Source of the DNA: Felis catus
Taxonomy: Eukaryota
Direction: 5' to 3'
Assembly (NCBI RefSeq): GCF_018350175.1
Contig: NC_058368.1
Span: forward strand, 103,418,001-103,482,000
DNA length: 64,000 nt
Within the stretch, counting starts at the first letter, position 1; each line of letters begins with the position of its first letter. A program made the position numbers and the translations under genes. The notes under the pieces were generated by a model that was not told the DNA's origin, did not search any database, and was given only the letters and a program-made list of their open reading frames with translations. Positions 61,790-64,000 of this stretch are shown piece by piece.

Positions 61790-61975
61790 GAGAGAGAGTG
61801 TGATGGACAGAGAATGAGCGGGGAAGGGGCAAAGAGGGAGACACAGAATCCAAAGCAGCCTCCAGGCTCTGAGCTGTGAGCACAGAGCCCAATGTGGGGC
61901 TTGAACCCATAAACTGCATAATCATGACCTGAGCTGAAGTCAGACACTCAACTGACTGAGGCACCCAGGCGCCGC
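61725..61975 (-). mobile_element. Felid Can-SINE inserted in the L1 5'UTR
   Basis: TSD ATTTTCCATTTTT at 61712-61724 and 61977-61989. Confidence 0.93.
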
Positions 61976-62288
61976 TATTTTCCATTTTTATTAAAAAGAT
62001 TTTCTTTGTTTTCTACTGTATTTTTAATTTTTTAAATTTTTTAAATTTTATTTTACTTTCATGATTTCATTTTATTCTATTTTATTGTATTTATTTTTCA
62101 AATTTTGAAATGTTTTCCTTTTTTTCTTTTGTCCTTTTTTTCTTATCATCCCTTTTTTCCTCTATCAAGTTCCTTTCAACAACCAGACCAAAACATACCT
62201 AGGTTCTAGTATATTTATTCGATTATTTTGTGTTGTTTTTAATTGTTTAATTTTTTTTTACTTTATTAATTCCTTTTCTTCCTTCAAA

Positions 62289-63151
62289 ATGACAAAATGA
62301 AGGAATTCACCCCAAAAGAAAGAACAGGAAGAAATGACAGCCAGGGACTTAACAAAGATACAAGCAAGGAGTCTGAACCAGAATTTAGAATCACGATAAT
62401 AAGAATACTAGCTGGGGTTGAAAATAGATTAGAATCCCTTTCTGTGGAGATAAAAGAAGAAAAAGCTAGGCAGGATGAAATAAAAAATGCTATAACTGAG
62501 CTGTAATCTCCAATGGATGTCACAGCGGCAAGGATGGATGAAGCAGAGCAGCAAATCAGGGATACAGAGGACAAACTGAGGGAGAACAATGAAGCAGAAA
62601 AAAAAAGAGGGAGACTGAGGCAAAAGAGCATGATTTAAGAATTAAAGAGCTCAGTGACTCATTAAAAAAAGGAATTGTAAGGGTCCCAGAAGATGAAGAG
62701 AAAGAAAAGGGGTCAGAAGGTTTATGTGAGCAAATCATAGCAGAAAACTTTCCAAACCTGAGGAAAGACACAGACATCAAAACCCAGGAAGCATAGAGAA
62801 CTCCCAGTATATTCAACAAAAAATGACCATCAACAAGGCATATTATAGTCAAATTCACAAAATACTCAAGCAAAGAAAGAATCATGAAAGCAGCAAGGGG
62901 AAAAAAAGTCCTTAACCTACAAGGGAAAACAGATCAGGTGCACAGCGTATCTATCCACAGAAACTTGGCAGGCCAGACAAGAGTAGCAGGATATACTCAG
63001 TGTGCTGAATCAGAAAAATATGTAGTCAAGAATTCTTTATCCAACAAAGATGTCTTTTAAAATAGAGAGATAAAAAGTTTCCCAGACAAAAATCAAAGGA
63101 GTTCGTAACCACTAAACCAGCCCTGAAGAAATTTTAAGGGGGAGTCTCTGA
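62289..63151 (+). pseudogene. L1 ORF1p, disrupted
   Basis: ATG ACA AAA TGA AGG AAT TCA CCC CAA AAG (MTK*RNSPQK), SEPEFRITIIRILAGVE, and multiple stops and frameshifts. Confidence 0.88.
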
Positions 63152-63263
63152 TCTCTGAGAGGAGAAAAGATGGGGAAAAAACAAACCCAAAAAGACCGAA
63201 AGTAACAAAGATAAGAAAGGACCAGAGAACAGCACCAGAAACTCCAACTCTACAGGCAACATA

Positions 63264-64000
63264 ATGGCAATAAACTCGTATCTTCCACTACTCATTCTAA
63301 ACATCAGTGGACTAAATGCTCCAATCAAAAGACATAGGGTAACAGAATAGATAAGAAAAAAGGATACATCTACATGGTGTTTACAAGAGACCCACTTTAG
63401 ACCTAAAGACACCTTCAGATTGAAATTAAGGGGATGGAGAACCATCTATCATGCTAATGGTCAACAAAAGAAAGCCAGAGTAACCATACTTGTAGCAGAC
63501 AATCTAGACTTTAAAATAAAGACTGTATCAAGAGATGAAGAAGGGCATTATATCATAATTAAGGGGTCATCCACCAAGAATATCTAACTATTGTAAACAT
63601 TTAGACTCCAAACGTGAGAGCTCCTACATATATAAATCAATCCATCACAAACACAAAGAAATTCATTGAAAATAATACCAAAATAGTAGGGGACTTCAAC
63701 ACCCCACTTACAGCAATGGATGGGTTATCTAAATAGAAAGTCAACAAGGTAACAATGGCTTTGAATAACACACTGGACTGGATGGACTTAACATATATAT
63801 TCAGAACATTTCATCCCAAAGCAGCAGAATACACATTCTTTTCCAGTACAAATGGAACATTCTCCAGAATAGATCACATACTGGGACATAAATCAGTCCT
63901 CAACAAGGACAGAAGGATCAAGATCATTCCCTATATAGTTTCAGACACCAACACTATGAAACTTGACATCAACCACAAGAAAAAATGTGGAAAGATAACA
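63264..64000 (+). pseudogene. L1 ORF2p endonuclease domain, disrupted and partial
   Basis: LNISGLNAPIKRHRV, CLQETHFR, VGDFNTPL, SRIDHILG and SDH motifs with in-frame stops. Confidence 0.92.

Larger units (their letters stand above)
60389..64000 (+). mobile_element. 5' part of an older carnivore L1 (5'UTR, ORF1, start of ORF2), continuing past the window
   Basis: Starts GGAGGGGCCAAGATGGTGG. GC-rich then T-rich 5'UTR, ORF1 from 62289 and ORF2 endonuclease from 63264. Confidence 0.93.

Overview
This is AT-rich eutherian genomic DNA, almost certainly from a felid: it carries about 25 tRNA-derived Can-SINEs, including CpG-rich SINEC_Fc-type copies, and cat-type L1s. I recognise no host protein-coding gene, RNA gene or prokaryotic system. 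The only ORFs with identifiable products are decayed LINE-1 ORF1/ORF2 pieces. Repeat family names come from my recall of consensus sequences, not from a search. The window looks like a large intron or gene desert: layers of L1, SINE, MaLR/ERVL LTR, L2, MIR and DNA-transposon fossils, separated by repeat-free blocks rich in homeobox, POU and RFX-type motifs. Main observations: (1) a 5.5-kb TSD-flanked felid L1 whose 5'UTR seems to lack an internal segment exactly at GT/AG boundaries, a candidate spliced retrotransposed L1 (SpIRE); (2) that L1 sits inside an older L1, which sits inside a two-LTR MaLR element; (3) a 140-bp AGTACT palindrome patchwork between a 25-bp duplication, plus smaller fold-back scars; (4) two SINEs fused head-to-head with both heads lost. 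A few splice-flanked open segments are listed as low-confidence exon candidates.
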